From an uncultured Syntrophales bacterium (lineage in GTDB: Bacteria > Desulfobacterota > Syntrophia > Syntrophales > JAAYKM01): DNA of 59,734 nt. Below are positions 35,605 to 45,895 of this stretch, piece after piece. The notes under the pieces were generated by a model. That model was given only the letters and a program-made list of their open reading frames with translations, made no database searches and was not told the origin of the DNA. The stretch lies in contig CAYOYJ010000001.1 in assembly GCA_964408155.1 (NCBI GenBank), forward strand, positions 1 through 59,734, in the 5' to 3' direction. The position numbers were made by a program, and so were the translations under genes. Position 1 is the stretch's first letter; each line of letters begins with the position of its first letter.

Positions 35605-35994
35605 CTAAATCCGGATGCACTTCTGGTCGCCATTCATGAAATATCTTACGCAGCCGGCAGCCTCTAAGATAGCTGCGACGTAGTTACCAATCGCACGGGG
35701 AAAATGGACAGCAGCGCGGGCAACTTCATCTACGCTGTCCTCCGTTGGGATAACCGCATGTTCAGCGGCAATTCGCAACAGACCTGACGGATTATTTCGA
35801 AAATAGGTGTCGACGGCATCAAACATTGCTCGCGGAAGACGATTTGGTGTCTGCGATTTTCCGATTTCGATATCTATGTGCGTTGGGGCGGCACCTGTGA
35901 CGATAAAAGGCCTTTGTCTGCTGGCGGGAATCCCTCTGCCGGGCGTCAGGAGTTGCTGACCGGGGCTTAAATTTGCCATGACCTTATTCCACAT
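35605..35994 (-). CDS. hypothetical protein (129 aa)
   Basis: ATG 35994 lies 6 nt after AGGAGG and 17 nt after the BrxL-like stop. The longer ORF-track start (36051) would overlap the BrxL-like gene. Confidence 0.5.
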   Translation of the reverse strand: MWNKVMANLSPGQQLLTPGRGIPASRQRPFIVTGAAPTHIDIEIGKSQTPNRLPRAMFDAVDTYFRNNPSGLLRIAAEHAVIPTEDSVDEVARAAVHFPRAIGNYVAAILEAAGCVRYFMNGDQKCIRI

Positions 35995-36011
35995 AAGCGC
36001 CTCCTTCTGTG

Positions 36012-38060
36012 TCAATCGGCCTTCAGATAGATAATTTCCGATTCCCGGCATTTTCTTTTCCGTTGGTCTATTTCACTGAGCTCATACTTTGATGCCGGTT
36101 TCTGAAAAATATCCAGCCCGCGACCCGGAATGATTCGCCATCCGTTATCCAAGGCGATGCTTCGATCATGAATGGTCGGATTAAACGCGTAACTGAATTC
36201 AATCCCATGTTTTGCAAGGCTATCCTTTATCTCTTCCAGCTTTTTTGCATTCGTCTGTTCCTGGAAAGAATTTTCGGCAGCCGTTGTTAGGATCAGTTTG
36301 ACCGGCCCGCCCGAGGTGTCAATGACGTTGGTAAAGATCAGAAAATTCCTGATTTGATATTCCATGCGAATATAAGGATCCGTAACATGGATAACGCGCG
36401 CTCCTTTCAGATATGATCCGAAAAGTCGTTGATAGCTTTGTCCCGTTTCACCATCTTGAATACGCACCGTTTTTTCGACAGGTGTTTCAACCCCATCTTT
36501 TTGAGGTTCCGTTATTTCAGTTTGGTGGGGAGCATCAGTCGCTGGCGACAATATGTCGTTCGGTATTGATACGCCTTTTTCCGGCTTTGAATTATCCGCA
36601 TAGGATGGTTTCCTATGATGACTTTGAAAATCATCGGGGAACTTCGAGAGTATTGTAAGCGGGATATATTCCCGATCCAATTTGCATAATTCATCTCTGA
36701 CCCGCTGCCGTAGCTCAATGGCGGGGTTTACGCAATACTGGAAAAAATCTGTGTCAGCCGGTTTCTTATCGGGAAAGAGTATTTTAAGCAGCCCCGTTGC
36801 TCCCGCCTCAATCGCTTTGCTGTCCCGCATATCGTCACAATTGGAAAGCTCCATGTTTGTTTTCACGTAATCGCGATAGCTGATGTCACCCCGTAGCGTA
36901 TGGAGAATTTCTCCGAAGATGTCGCCTTTCAGTCCCAGTGAGACGGATGGGGTTTTTTTGCTGATACGCGGTAGATCCCAGCCGGGCAGCAGTCCCGAGA
37001 ATCGGTCGATAAAAGCCGTCTCTCTTAAAAAATTGGGGAATATTCTAAACAGACCGATGTCCTCGTTTAAGGGTCTTCTGTTTTGGTCAAGGTCGATATT
37101 AGCCAATATGACGATCCCAGCTTCTGCGGTAATCGAACCGGCGCTGCCGCGTCCGAACCGGCCAGCTTCCAGGTAAGATTTCAAGAGGGCCGTCAATTCT
37201 CCTGAACTGTCCGCTTTAACTTTTTGTGCTTCGTCGATGACCACACAGTCATAGCGGGTAATCAAACCGGGCGTCTTTCGGGAATCGTTAAAGAAGAGAA
37301 CCGGTGCCGTGATCGCGCCGGAACGAACAGCCACATAGCGAGACATGTTTTCAAACACAAAGGATTTGCCTGTTCCTTTTGGGGCCAACTCCACCAGATT
37401 GTACCTTGGTTCGACTAAGGAAATAAGCCGAGATATCAGCAGAATCTTTTGCCGTTCGGAATATAGAAGATGGTTAAACCCCATCGAAGAAATGATCAGA
37501 TCGATCCATTCGGATGTCGTAAATGCACTCCGACACTCTGTGAAGTACGCAATATCCACGTTTGCCAACTGGAAAGGCCGAAATTCCCGTGCCCATATCG
37601 CGCCTTTTCCTTTCGTCTTCCCGTCGGACGGCGGCACATAAAAGAGAGATCCCAACCCCCATAAACCGCTGCTCAGCAGCATGTCATTTTCTTGGACAAT
37701 TTGTGGCGTGATGAAAGCGGAATCTTCATCCAAGAAGGGTATGCTTAAATAACGGTCTCCCTTCGCCAAATTTACATGTACTGAGAAATTATCGAGTATT
37801 TTAACTTCCTGCTGCTCATAGAGGTGGTTTTTGATGGTTTCCTTTTCGCTTTTATCCGGGACGTAGGTATGAACGAACTTAGCGATCTTTTGGCGAACCG
37901 CTTCGGTTAAATCGCTTTCACCGGCAATATAGTGCGAGATGATCCATTCCCTAACGTAGGTGGGTATGGCGCGGCTGCCAAAGCCCGCTTGATGGACAAA
38001 GGATTTATTGATGACAATTTCACCGAAGTTCTCCAGTGCTTTTTTCTCAAACGTGTCCAT
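36012..38060 (-). CDS. BrxL-like AAA+ ATPase with C-terminal MIT_C/PLD-like domain (no evident Lon protease domain)
   Basis: N-terminus FGEIVINKSFV...RAIPTYVREWIISHYI and the AAA+ core LVELAPKGTGKSFVF, CVVIDEAQ and ITAEAGIVILANI are BrxL-like. The C-terminus VTDPYIR...HGIEFSYAFNPTIHDRSIALDNGWRIIPGRGLDIFQKP resembles MITD1 MIT_C. Confidence 0.7.
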   Translation of the reverse strand: MDTFEKKALENFGEIVINKSFVHQAGFGSRAIPTYVREWIISHYIAGESDLTEAVRQKIAKFVHTYVPDKSEKETIKNHLYEQQEVKILDNFSVHVNLAKGDRYLSIPFLDEDSAFITPQIVQENDMLLSSGLWGLGSLFYVPPSDGKTKGKGAIWAREFRPFQLANVDIAYFTECRSAFTTSEWIDLIISSMGFNHLLYSERQKILLISRLISLVEPRYNLVELAPKGTGKSFVFENMSRYVAVRSGAITAPVLFFNDSRKTPGLITRYDCVVIDEAQKVKADSSGELTALLKSYLEAGRFGRGSAGSITAEAGIVILANIDLDQNRRPLNEDIGLFRIFPNFLRETAFIDRFSGLLPGWDLPRISKKTPSVSLGLKGDIFGEILHTLRGDISYRDYVKTNMELSNCDDMRDSKAIEAGATGLLKILFPDKKPADTDFFQYCVNPAIELRQRVRDELCKLDREYIPLTILSKFPDDFQSHHRKPSYADNSKPEKGVSIPNDILSPATDAPHQTEITEPQKDGVETPVEKTVRIQDGETGQSYQRLFGSYLKGARVIHVTDPYIRMEYQIRNFLIFTNVIDTSGGPVKLILTTAAENSFQEQTNAKKLEEIKDSLAKHGIEFSYAFNPTIHDRSIALDNGWRIIPGRGLDIFQKPASKYELSEIDQRKRKCRESEIIYLKAD

Positions 38061-38069
38061 AATGCTCTC

Positions 38070-40427
38070 CTACTCCAGATCATCGAAGGCGCTTTTGCCC
38101 TTTGTTTCGACCATGGCGCGCATTGTGATCGGCATCGTGACACTTTGCTCGTGCCGCTCATCATGACAGGTGAATCGAATGTGGAGGGTCAGGTTGTTTC
38201 TTTCATCAGCATTAGTCGTCTGTTTGAATTGGGCGGTCATTTCCACCAGGCCCTTATTTTTTCCGTTTAACAAGTCGATCGTTATCTGATCCGTTTCGAT
38301 ATTGGAATTGATGACCGATATACAGATATTTTCGATAGCAAACTCATTGGGATTGCCGATCTCCAGAGCAATCGTTTCCTTGCGATAGCGGAATTCTTTA
38401 GTTGCCAAGAGTAGTGTAAGATCCCGGAGAGGCGCTTTGGCCGCTTCAAAGATCAGATAGGGCACAACGACCTCTTCTGGAGATAACCCGCCGTGGGTAT
38501 AGGAATTGTCATCCGTCTTTGAAAAACGATTACCCCGTCTGGCACTCAGGTAATGGCTGGCATTTCCAAATTCTGTAGCATCCAAAAAGAAACAGTCCTC
38601 TTTCCAATTTTCCGGAAGACTGGAGAATCTCTCGTTTGAAACAGCGATATATCGAGGCGAGCGGATGGTGAATTCTGTGCTTTCAAATCCAGAAGGATCG
38701 AGGTCGTTGGCAATTTCCGCGGGAATTGTCGTGGAGCCGTGATCTGTGAGCACGTGAATCGCAATCTTTTTTTTCAGATCATGCTTATCAATGAATTCGG
38801 CAATCGTTTCTACGAAACCTTCGAGGAGGCTGCTGATGTACTTCAGATGCGGCATCCCGATCTGATCAGACGACATGTGTAGGGCTTTGTCTATAGCCAG
38901 GTAATTGACAACATAGGTATGCCCGGTTATTTTTCCGATATCAGACAGCTTGCCTGGATCGCTGATATACTGAAAAGTCGCGTCGTTGAAATAGGGGACC
39001 CAGCCCTTTTCTATGATGTTCTTGTATGTCTTGTTGTCTATGTCATTGTATGTAGGTGTGCCGGCGAGCAAACATTTTTTGGAAATTTCTGTTTCTGACG
39101 GCAACATCGATAGGTAAGGTTCTACTTTGGAGAGAAAGAAACCATGCATCTGGAAAAGGTCCTTGATAATCGGGACGAGCCCCCACCATAGATTGTCAAT
39201 GACGAGAACCAGATTGATGCTTTCATCCGATTTTAACCGGTCAGCGTTGTTCGGAAGGATGTTAAAAACCATCCTTTTGGAATTTGCGTGTATATCCTGC
39301 CATTTGCTATAGAGCCATTGAGAAAACTCGTCGGCAAGTTTATAGATTCCCTCATTCATCTTGTTGTTCGAAGCGCACCAGGTCTGATAGGGCAGATAGA
39401 ATTGCGTTGCCCATGTTATCATTTGGTCGAGATCCCAGGTTTTATCAGGCTGAGACGGAAGGGGTGGTTGGACAAGGCCTTTCAGCGCTTTAAGACGCCT
39501 CCCCACACGATCCTGAAGCGCTTCAAATTTCACATCCACGGCATTGATGATGTCTGCGGTAATCCAGTCAGGCTGACTCTTGAGAATCTTTTCCACCGTT
39601 TCAAATTCAGTGACCAGATAACCGCTCATATTGGAAATGAGGGCTTCCATTTCCGCCACATTCGCAGGTACCTGGTATGCATTCAGGATGTAAGTTATTT
39701 GGGTAACAATATCTTTTATGCCGGATTCGTCGATGCTCACTTTCGACAAATCAGGCTTCAGTGATTCAAGAATAGAAAAGTCATCTCCCATCAGTTTATG
39801 CCCCAGGGCTTTATAGGACCTGAGGACTTTGTATTTCATCAACTGATCTTTGAGGGCATCTACATCCGTAGAGAACAAGTCTATCAGCCGTCTGAGATCG
39901 GAACTTTTGGCCTTTGTTTTCCATTCGGCTAATCGCTTTGAATAGATTCCAGAAATAAGCGGATTCTTTGTGTTGGTATCCCACTTTGTGGAATCATAAG
40001 CCGCAAGAAGGACGCCCAATTTCGCAAATGGGAAGGTTTTCCCGGTAAAGAGAGGATGGTAAAAGTGATCCAGAATAACGTTGTCAAAGTGCGCCCCCTT
40101 GGGTGGGGATATATCCAACTCCAGCAAGCCGGCTGCGACGATCTCCTCATTGGATATCTCTTTTGGTATGGATATGCCCCAGATCTCTTCCAAACGACAG
40201 CGCGCGTCGATGCATTCGATTTTGACGCTTTCCTTGGGATAGCGACCGGACATGTGCACAAACCATTGCATAACCGTCGCATCGCGAACGTAGAGGGTTA
40301 TATCGCGGCCCTCAGCAAGAGCTTTCAGGATTTTAACGTAAGCTGATACGTATCCCGCTATGGATGAAACCACGTCATCCTCAGCGGTTGACACCAGTCC
40401 ATTCAAATCCTCAATCAGCCTAATCAT
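38070..40427 (-). CDS. pglZ: PglZ-domain alkaline-phosphatase-fold protein
   Basis: LVLVIDNLWWG, HVLTDHGST and YTHGGLSPEEVVVPYLIF are PglZ hallmarks. 785 aa. The start overlaps the brxC stop by 8 nt. Confidence 0.85.
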   Translation of the reverse strand: MIRLIEDLNGLVSTAEDDVVSSIAGYVSAYVKILKALAEGRDITLYVRDATVMQWFVHMSGRYPKESVKIECIDARCRLEEIWGISIPKEISNEEIVAAGLLELDISPPKGAHFDNVILDHFYHPLFTGKTFPFAKLGVLLAAYDSTKWDTNTKNPLISGIYSKRLAEWKTKAKSSDLRRLIDLFSTDVDALKDQLMKYKVLRSYKALGHKLMGDDFSILESLKPDLSKVSIDESGIKDIVTQITYILNAYQVPANVAEMEALISNMSGYLVTEFETVEKILKSQPDWITADIINAVDVKFEALQDRVGRRLKALKGLVQPPLPSQPDKTWDLDQMITWATQFYLPYQTWCASNNKMNEGIYKLADEFSQWLYSKWQDIHANSKRMVFNILPNNADRLKSDESINLVLVIDNLWWGLVPIIKDLFQMHGFFLSKVEPYLSMLPSETEISKKCLLAGTPTYNDIDNKTYKNIIEKGWVPYFNDATFQYISDPGKLSDIGKITGHTYVVNYLAIDKALHMSSDQIGMPHLKYISSLLEGFVETIAEFIDKHDLKKKIAIHVLTDHGSTTIPAEIANDLDPSGFESTEFTIRSPRYIAVSNERFSSLPENWKEDCFFLDATEFGNASHYLSARRGNRFSKTDDNSYTHGGLSPEEVVVPYLIFEAAKAPLRDLTLLLATKEFRYRKETIALEIGNPNEFAIENICISVINSNIETDQITIDLLNGKNKGLVEMTAQFKQTTNADERNNLTLHIRFTCHDERHEQSVTMPITMRAMVETKGKSAFDDLE

Positions 40428-43400
40428 GCGCGATCTCGCTCAATATCTTTGAAGTCATCTCTTCAAGCTCCGTAGTATCTACGGTGCCTGCCTCCGTGAG
40501 CTCTTCAAACAGCGACCTGACAGTGATTTTCGCTCCCTCTTTATCTTTCGGGAAGATGAAATTAATTACCTCATCCCCAAGGACACGCTGGCGTGCCCTT
40601 TTGATCTTGTACTTCTGCAATTCATCTATTGCCTGGATGGTTTCTATCTTTCCATAATTACCCTTGTCATCGACGACGACCAGTTTTAAGGTTCGGTTTC
40701 CCTTTACAGTTAAAATCTGGCCGGGTTTTAACTTTTGGCGTTCGCTCGCTTTATCTGTTGGATCCGCACCATTATCTGTAAAATAAATCGCGCCCTTTCC
40801 ATCTTCTGCAACACCAGTAATTTTCAATTCCCCTTTATAATAGACTTGGTTTCCTTTCTGACTTTCAGCGTTTTCATAAGTGACCTTGAGACGACCTATT
40901 TTGGGAGCATTTTTTTCAATATGCTCCTTCCCCCGTTTGATTTTGTTTATGTAGTCCGAAACCAAATCGGCGCTCCAGTTTGGCACCGCATTCAGACCAT
41001 AGGCATCAGGTAAAGCGCTGAACAGCGTGTCTCTGATATTGACCAGCTTATCCAGTTTAAGAATAAGCGGCTTGCTGTCATTGTTGTGGAAGGGGCTCAG
41101 CGCATCTTTCTGAATGCTGGTTAAACTATCTTTGAACCATGTCTTGATGGCTTCCTGAATATCAACATCCAAAACGCTGGGGCTTGCATAAATCTCGGCA
41201 ACCTGCTTCAGGATGTCATTCTGGACGGCTTCCAGAATTCCCTGCGCAGTGTCTTTGAAACTGGACAAGCGTGAGTCTATTTGGGCAAGCTTCTTGGCGG
41301 TGATCTTTTCACCGGGAATGATGTCAAGCAATTCCAGGAGGTCGTGTTTGATGAAATTAAAGGGATCTTTGGTCTTGGTTTGATTCAATGCCGTCACGAA
41401 GGGTTTGTCCTTGTCTTGATAAAAGTTCTCGGATCGGGCAATGATCGGCAGCCCTTGCCACCATTTGGTCACGGCCTGGAAGGCGTCGCCCAGGTTGTAT
41501 GTCTTCCCGGCCGGTACCGGATCAACACTGAAGATTTGAAAGACTTTGGTGAAATAGGCCTTATCCTCCTGACTGACGGGTTCAAAGAGGATGATGGCGG
41601 TTTTTTCCTGACCCGTAACCAGGTTGATGACTTGGTCCATGTCGGTAAACGGTAAGTCCGTCAGGGCATCCTTTTCCCTTTTAAAGCGTAAGCTGTCCCC
41701 ATAAAAACGTCTTGCCAGCAACACCATGAGGGTCATGGCAATTTCTCCCTGGCCATAGCTTTCATAGAAGGGTTGCAAAAAGGGCCAGCAAAGCGTTGCG
41801 CCTTTGCCTTGCAGTGCATCAAGATCCTCTAATAGCTTCACGAAGGCCGGCAGTTGGGTTTTGAATTTGTCAAAATTCTGTTCTGCCTCGTAATACCGGA
41901 TGTCGCCTTCCGTGTTCAGGAGGCGTAAGACCTGGTTATCCACAAAACATTTTCGCAGATAGCGCGTTCCCCCGCGATTGTCCGGCCATGCCCAGTTGAT
42001 CTGTATAGTCTGACTCAAATCCAGCAGAATTTTCCCGGCATCCTGCAAAATGCTGCGAACTTGACCGTCGATCTTCAAATGGGACCGGTTGAATTCCGTA
42101 TGCGAAAAAGTATTGCGCTTACTTGCGTACAATGACTCCATGAGTTTGCTGGAAACATCATGCTTTTTGGTGTCATTCACCGGGATATTGGCGCCACCGA
42201 TCCCAAACCACTCGACACGCGCATTGCTGAAATATGCACCCTTGGCATCTGCCAATAGCCCGTTGGCCGTCTTTCTTGATTCACTGATCTGGATATTTTC
42301 ATAAGGCCCAAAACTTTCGGCTTCTTTCGACTTTTGGATATGTTCAAGCGCCTTTAGCGTAAAGATGGGATCAAATACGGCTATTGGGGTGCGCGGAATC
42401 GCTAAGACAACCCTTTGCTGATCGTTTTTGACAATCGTCTTTTTGGCCTGCTCGATATCTTGATCGTTTTCGCAAAAGACATATAAGGCCGTCCCTTCAT
42501 AACCGCTCTTGCCATACCCCTCGTCGTTGCGCTGGCTCTCCAGCCATGCAAAGTAGGAAACATCCTTGCCGTTCAATGTGTGCTTTGAATCGATCATGGA
42601 TGGCGTTGCAAAAACCACGCGGAGCCGTTTATCCTCGTAATATGTACTGTTATAGTCTTTAGCTTCGAGATAAATTTCGTCGCTCTTGAGGGGATTGAGG
42701 GATAGAAAATGTTCAAGGATATTGGCTGGTCGATTATCGGGATTGGCTTTGTATTGTTCAATGAGGCGGTGGATATCTTTCCGCTCGCCGCGCATCAGTT
42801 CATAAATCCCCTGATTGTTATATAGGATACCTGCTTTGCAGAGCGTCTGAAGCCGGCTTTCCACCATGGTTTTTTCCGTCTCACTCACGGCATGCAAAGC
42901 AAATTGGATGTTCTGCATGGTGTTGGTGATGCGCAATTCATCCGTACTGATCATTTCATGGATAAGGATGACCTTGAGGATCCGCAGCATGAGGTCGTCT
43001 GTTTCCTCAAAAAGCTTCCCCTCGTCTTGCCTGGCGATGTATGTATTGAGCTCTCGCAGCGTGGCTTCATAGTTCACAACAGCCGTCTTGACTCGATCGA
43101 CAAGCTTGCGGTTATCGATCGACAAGCCGTCTTTGAAGTAATCCACCAGTATGTCTGCCGTGTATAGCACCAGGCGCTTCTCGCGCAGAATGTCATTGTG
43201 CTCGATAAACCATGGATAAGAATATTCCTGGACGTTCTTCCATCCCTCTTCCCCGGTCTCAAACTCGGGAGAGAAAAATTTGAATACCGAACGATTGTCA
43301 GATCCGGCTTCCAGTGCCAGCCGGAGCAGGGCGTAAATCGCCAGCGGATGCATCGGGTAGATATTCTCGATGATATTGTTTTTGACTTTGGGCGCCGGCA

Positions 43401-44547
43401 GCCAATTGAAAAGTCCCAGCCGTTTGCATTCGCCGGACAGGAAAGTGAAAGTACCTGCTTGCGGTACAACCTGCTTTAACCAAGCGTCTTCCTCTTTTTT
43501 CGGCTGTACGATTGCGGCGATAATATCTTCCATTCCCTGAGTCTGTAGCGGAATCTCTGTCACGCGCGCCTCAAGGGTGCTGTAGTGAACGGCGTCTCCC
43601 ACCTGGCCATGATTTCGAAAGGCTTTATGCCCCGTGCCGATAAAGATCAGGGGCAGGTGTTCCATACCGCTGTTTGCGCAGAACTGGGCGAAATTGTGCA
43701 ACCGGCTTAAGTTGACCAGGCCGTCGTCCAGGGCATAACCCAACTCATCGTATAAAATGACCAGCCCTTTGAATTTCTTCTTAAATGTCGAATTGGTTAA
43801 AATGTCTTTCAGGATATCCTGGAGATTGTCTTTCTTGAACGCAAAATCAGTATCCGTGACGACGGCAAAACAGGCTTTGAAAACCTTCAGCGCCTCTTCG
43901 TCGCGCTTTTTCAAACCGTCCTTCAGGTCATTGATCGTCCAACCGCTGTATCGTTTCGCCAGGGCAGCGCCCAGGTCGGAAAAGAACCTTTTATCGCTTT
44001 TCTGTTTTTCCCAGTCCTTGATGCGTCTCAATGCCTCTTGGTAATGGCTATCCAATTCGAAGTCCGCCTCTTCTTTCTGCAAGGCCTCTTCGATCGCGCG
44101 TAGCACTGCGCCCTCGAACTCCAGGTTCAAATCAAAACGGCAAATGGCCACCAGAAAACGGCCGGACTTGCGCGATGCCTTCAACGAAGATGCGGCGCGT
44201 TCTTTGAGGATTTCCCCAGGCTTTAAAAGGACCTGTTTTTGCGCCGTCTCGTAATTCTGAAAGAAGGTGGTCATTTCAGGCAGGTCGCTGGGGGAAGCGA
44301 AGTAATTCGCCAGCATCAAGAGCAGATGAGATTTGCCGGTTCCATAACTGCCGGACAGAAAATAGAAGCGGCGGTCTTTGGGATTCAATGAGCCGGCAAT
44401 TTTTTCAAATGCAAGGCGGTGAGCGGTAATCGGCTGATAGCGCTCCATCCGCACGCGGTTTTTCTCCAAGCTATAATACTCGTTCACCAAGTCCACGTAG
44501 CTTGTATAGCCGCTGTTGATTTGAATGATGTCGCGAATTTTACTCAT
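40420..44547 (-). CDS. brxC: BrxC/PglY-like P-loop NTPase (1375 aa)
   Basis: Walker A FLSGSYGTGKSHLLL about 70 aa from the N-terminus and Walker B LVILYDELGY. Giant size and a position immediately upstream of pglZ. Confidence 0.75.
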   Translation of the reverse strand: MSKIRDIIQINSGYTSYVDLVNEYYSLEKNRVRMERYQPITAHRLAFEKIAGSLNPKDRRFYFLSGSYGTGKSHLLLMLANYFASPSDLPEMTTFFQNYETAQKQVLLKPGEILKERAASSLKASRKSGRFLVAICRFDLNLEFEGAVLRAIEEALQKEEADFELDSHYQEALRRIKDWEKQKSDKRFFSDLGAALAKRYSGWTINDLKDGLKKRDEEALKVFKACFAVVTDTDFAFKKDNLQDILKDILTNSTFKKKFKGLVILYDELGYALDDGLVNLSRLHNFAQFCANSGMEHLPLIFIGTGHKAFRNHGQVGDAVHYSTLEARVTEIPLQTQGMEDIIAAIVQPKKEEDAWLKQVVPQAGTFTFLSGECKRLGLFNWLPAPKVKNNIIENIYPMHPLAIYALLRLALEAGSDNRSVFKFFSPEFETGEEGWKNVQEYSYPWFIEHNDILREKRLVLYTADILVDYFKDGLSIDNRKLVDRVKTAVVNYEATLRELNTYIARQDEGKLFEETDDLMLRILKVILIHEMISTDELRITNTMQNIQFALHAVSETEKTMVESRLQTLCKAGILYNNQGIYELMRGERKDIHRLIEQYKANPDNRPANILEHFLSLNPLKSDEIYLEAKDYNSTYYEDKRLRVVFATPSMIDSKHTLNGKDVSYFAWLESQRNDEGYGKSGYEGTALYVFCENDQDIEQAKKTIVKNDQQRVVLAIPRTPIAVFDPIFTLKALEHIQKSKEAESFGPYENIQISESRKTANGLLADAKGAYFSNARVEWFGIGGANIPVNDTKKHDVSSKLMESLYASKRNTFSHTEFNRSHLKIDGQVRSILQDAGKILLDLSQTIQINWAWPDNRGGTRYLRKCFVDNQVLRLLNTEGDIRYYEAEQNFDKFKTQLPAFVKLLEDLDALQGKGATLCWPFLQPFYESYGQGEIAMTLMVLLARRFYGDSLRFKREKDALTDLPFTDMDQVINLVTGQEKTAIILFEPVSQEDKAYFTKVFQIFSVDPVPAGKTYNLGDAFQAVTKWWQGLPIIARSENFYQDKDKPFVTALNQTKTKDPFNFIKHDLLELLDIIPGEKITAKKLAQIDSRLSSFKDTAQGILEAVQNDILKQVAEIYASPSVLDVDIQEAIKTWFKDSLTSIQKDALSPFHNNDSKPLILKLDKLVNIRDTLFSALPDAYGLNAVPNWSADLVSDYINKIKRGKEHIEKNAPKIGRLKVTYENAESQKGNQVYYKGELKITGVAEDGKGAIYFTDNGADPTDKASERQKLKPGQILTVKGNRTLKLVVVDDKGNYGKIETIQAIDELQKYKIKRARQRVLGDEVINFIFPKDKEGAKITVRSLFEELTEAGTVDTTELEEMTSKILSEIAHD

Positions 44548-44556
44548 GGCGTGCTC

Positions 44557-45036
44557 CTATACCAGTTCGTTAAACTCCTCTAACCGATGGACCCGACGAT
44601 CTCCGTGCGAATCGGTGATCTTCAGTGCTTCAATCTCATCCGAGGTTTGCAGACAAAAGATCAAAGTGGCGCCCATAGTTCCTATAAAAGAATTCCATTG
44701 CTTTTCGATCATGCGGAAAAAAGCCTGCCGTTCAGTTTTACGCCATGTATCCAGGAGAAAATCGGCGCGATCCACAATAAACAATTTTTCTCCTTTCGAT
44801 TTATCCTGCAGGAGGGCCTTGAACTGATCGGGATTGAAGCGATCCACTTCTGCGGACAACTCTGTATCGGCCTGGAAGTATCCGAGAACATCAAGATAGC
44901 CGCCTCCAATCTTTTCGTGGATCTGACTGGCAAATTGCCTCAAGGCGGTATCGGATTGCGGCCTTGCATGGATGATAATCGCTCGGAACTTTTCCTGTCC
45001 TAATTTTGTGAGACATTCTTTGATATTAAAGCCCAT
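44557..45036 (-). CDS. small BREX-associated protein of unknown family (159 aa)
   Basis: Sits 9 nt upstream of brxC, the position of BrxB/BrxF in known BREX types. Walker-B-like KLFIVDRAD is present but there is no intact Walker A. Confidence 0.5.
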   Translation of the reverse strand: MGFNIKECLTKLGQEKFRAIIIHARPQSDTALRQFASQIHEKIGGGYLDVLGYFQADTELSAEVDRFNPDQFKALLQDKSKGEKLFIVDRADFLLDTWRKTERQAFFRMIEKQWNSFIGTMGATLIFCLQTSDEIEALKITDSHGDRRVHRLEEFNELV

Positions 45037-45039
45037 TTT

Positions 45040-45852
45040 TCATTTCCCATAAAGCCGGTAAAGGACCTCGGTGAGTGCCAGCTCTTCAGAAAACCGCACC
45101 TGATCCAGATCGCCGAACTGCTCCCATCGCACCAATCCGCTGTCGTGCAATCGGTTTAGCAAGTCTCGAAACATATATTCCGGGAGATTCAGCACCGCAC
45201 CGGGGCTGTCCTTTCCCTTTTCAATCTCTTCGATGGGTAAGGCGCTTGCGGAAATGGCGTGCATTTCCCTGAAATGAAGCAACTGATATAGGAAAGCCAG
45301 TGGTGGAATGTCCACTGGCGTATCCCTATGATAGACACCCGTTTGCTCCTTGTGCAGCAGGTTAAGTCTGGACAGAGATGAATGAACGTAAGATTGGAGC
45401 ACGGCCCCAATCTCACCCGGCAACTTTGCCTTGAGCGTTCGTTCGGAGAAGGAAGATTTCAGGTCTGAAAAGTAAGGCAACGCCACGTCGGAAATGACGA
45501 TGCGATCATTGATGGGGAGGATCTGATTGACGATACGGTACCAGACTACCCATTCCGGATTGCTCGATATGATGTAATGAACAATCCACAGCGTCTCGAT
45601 GCGCTCAAAGTAAACGTCCTTTTCCGCGAGGATCTTTCCCAGAGGTGTAAGGATGGATGTCCGAGGCTTAAGCAAACCAAAGCCGACTGATACGCTGATG
45701 AGGCTTTCCACTTGTCGGTCCGAGAGGCCCAAGGTTGCCACTATTTCCTGCCGGGGAATTTTCTTGCGGCTTCCCGTCGTCAACAGATATTGCAGTATGC
45801 GGGAGATCTGGTCGAAACGGACGTGATAGCCGTTGGTTAATTGTAGTTTCAT
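45040..45852 (-). CDS. DUF4007-like protein (270 aa)
   Basis: N-terminal wHTH-like segment (IPRQEIVATLGLSDRQVESLISVSVGFGLL), FERIETLWIVHYIISS, SPGAVLNLPE and a terminal LYRLYG follow the DUF4007 pattern as I remember it. Ends 3 nt before the next gene. Confidence 0.55.
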   Translation of the reverse strand: MKLQLTNGYHVRFDQISRILQYLLTTGSRKKIPRQEIVATLGLSDRQVESLISVSVGFGLLKPRTSILTPLGKILAEKDVYFERIETLWIVHYIISSNPEWVVWYRIVNQILPINDRIVISDVALPYFSDLKSSFSERTLKAKLPGEIGAVLQSYVHSSLSRLNLLHKEQTGVYHRDTPVDIPPLAFLYQLLHFREMHAISASALPIEEIEKGKDSPGAVLNLPEYMFRDLLNRLHDSGLVRWEQFGDLDQVRFSEELALTEVLYRLYGK

Positions 45853-45895
45853 ATATTCAACTCAATCTTATCGACGTTATTAGCGAATCATCCCT

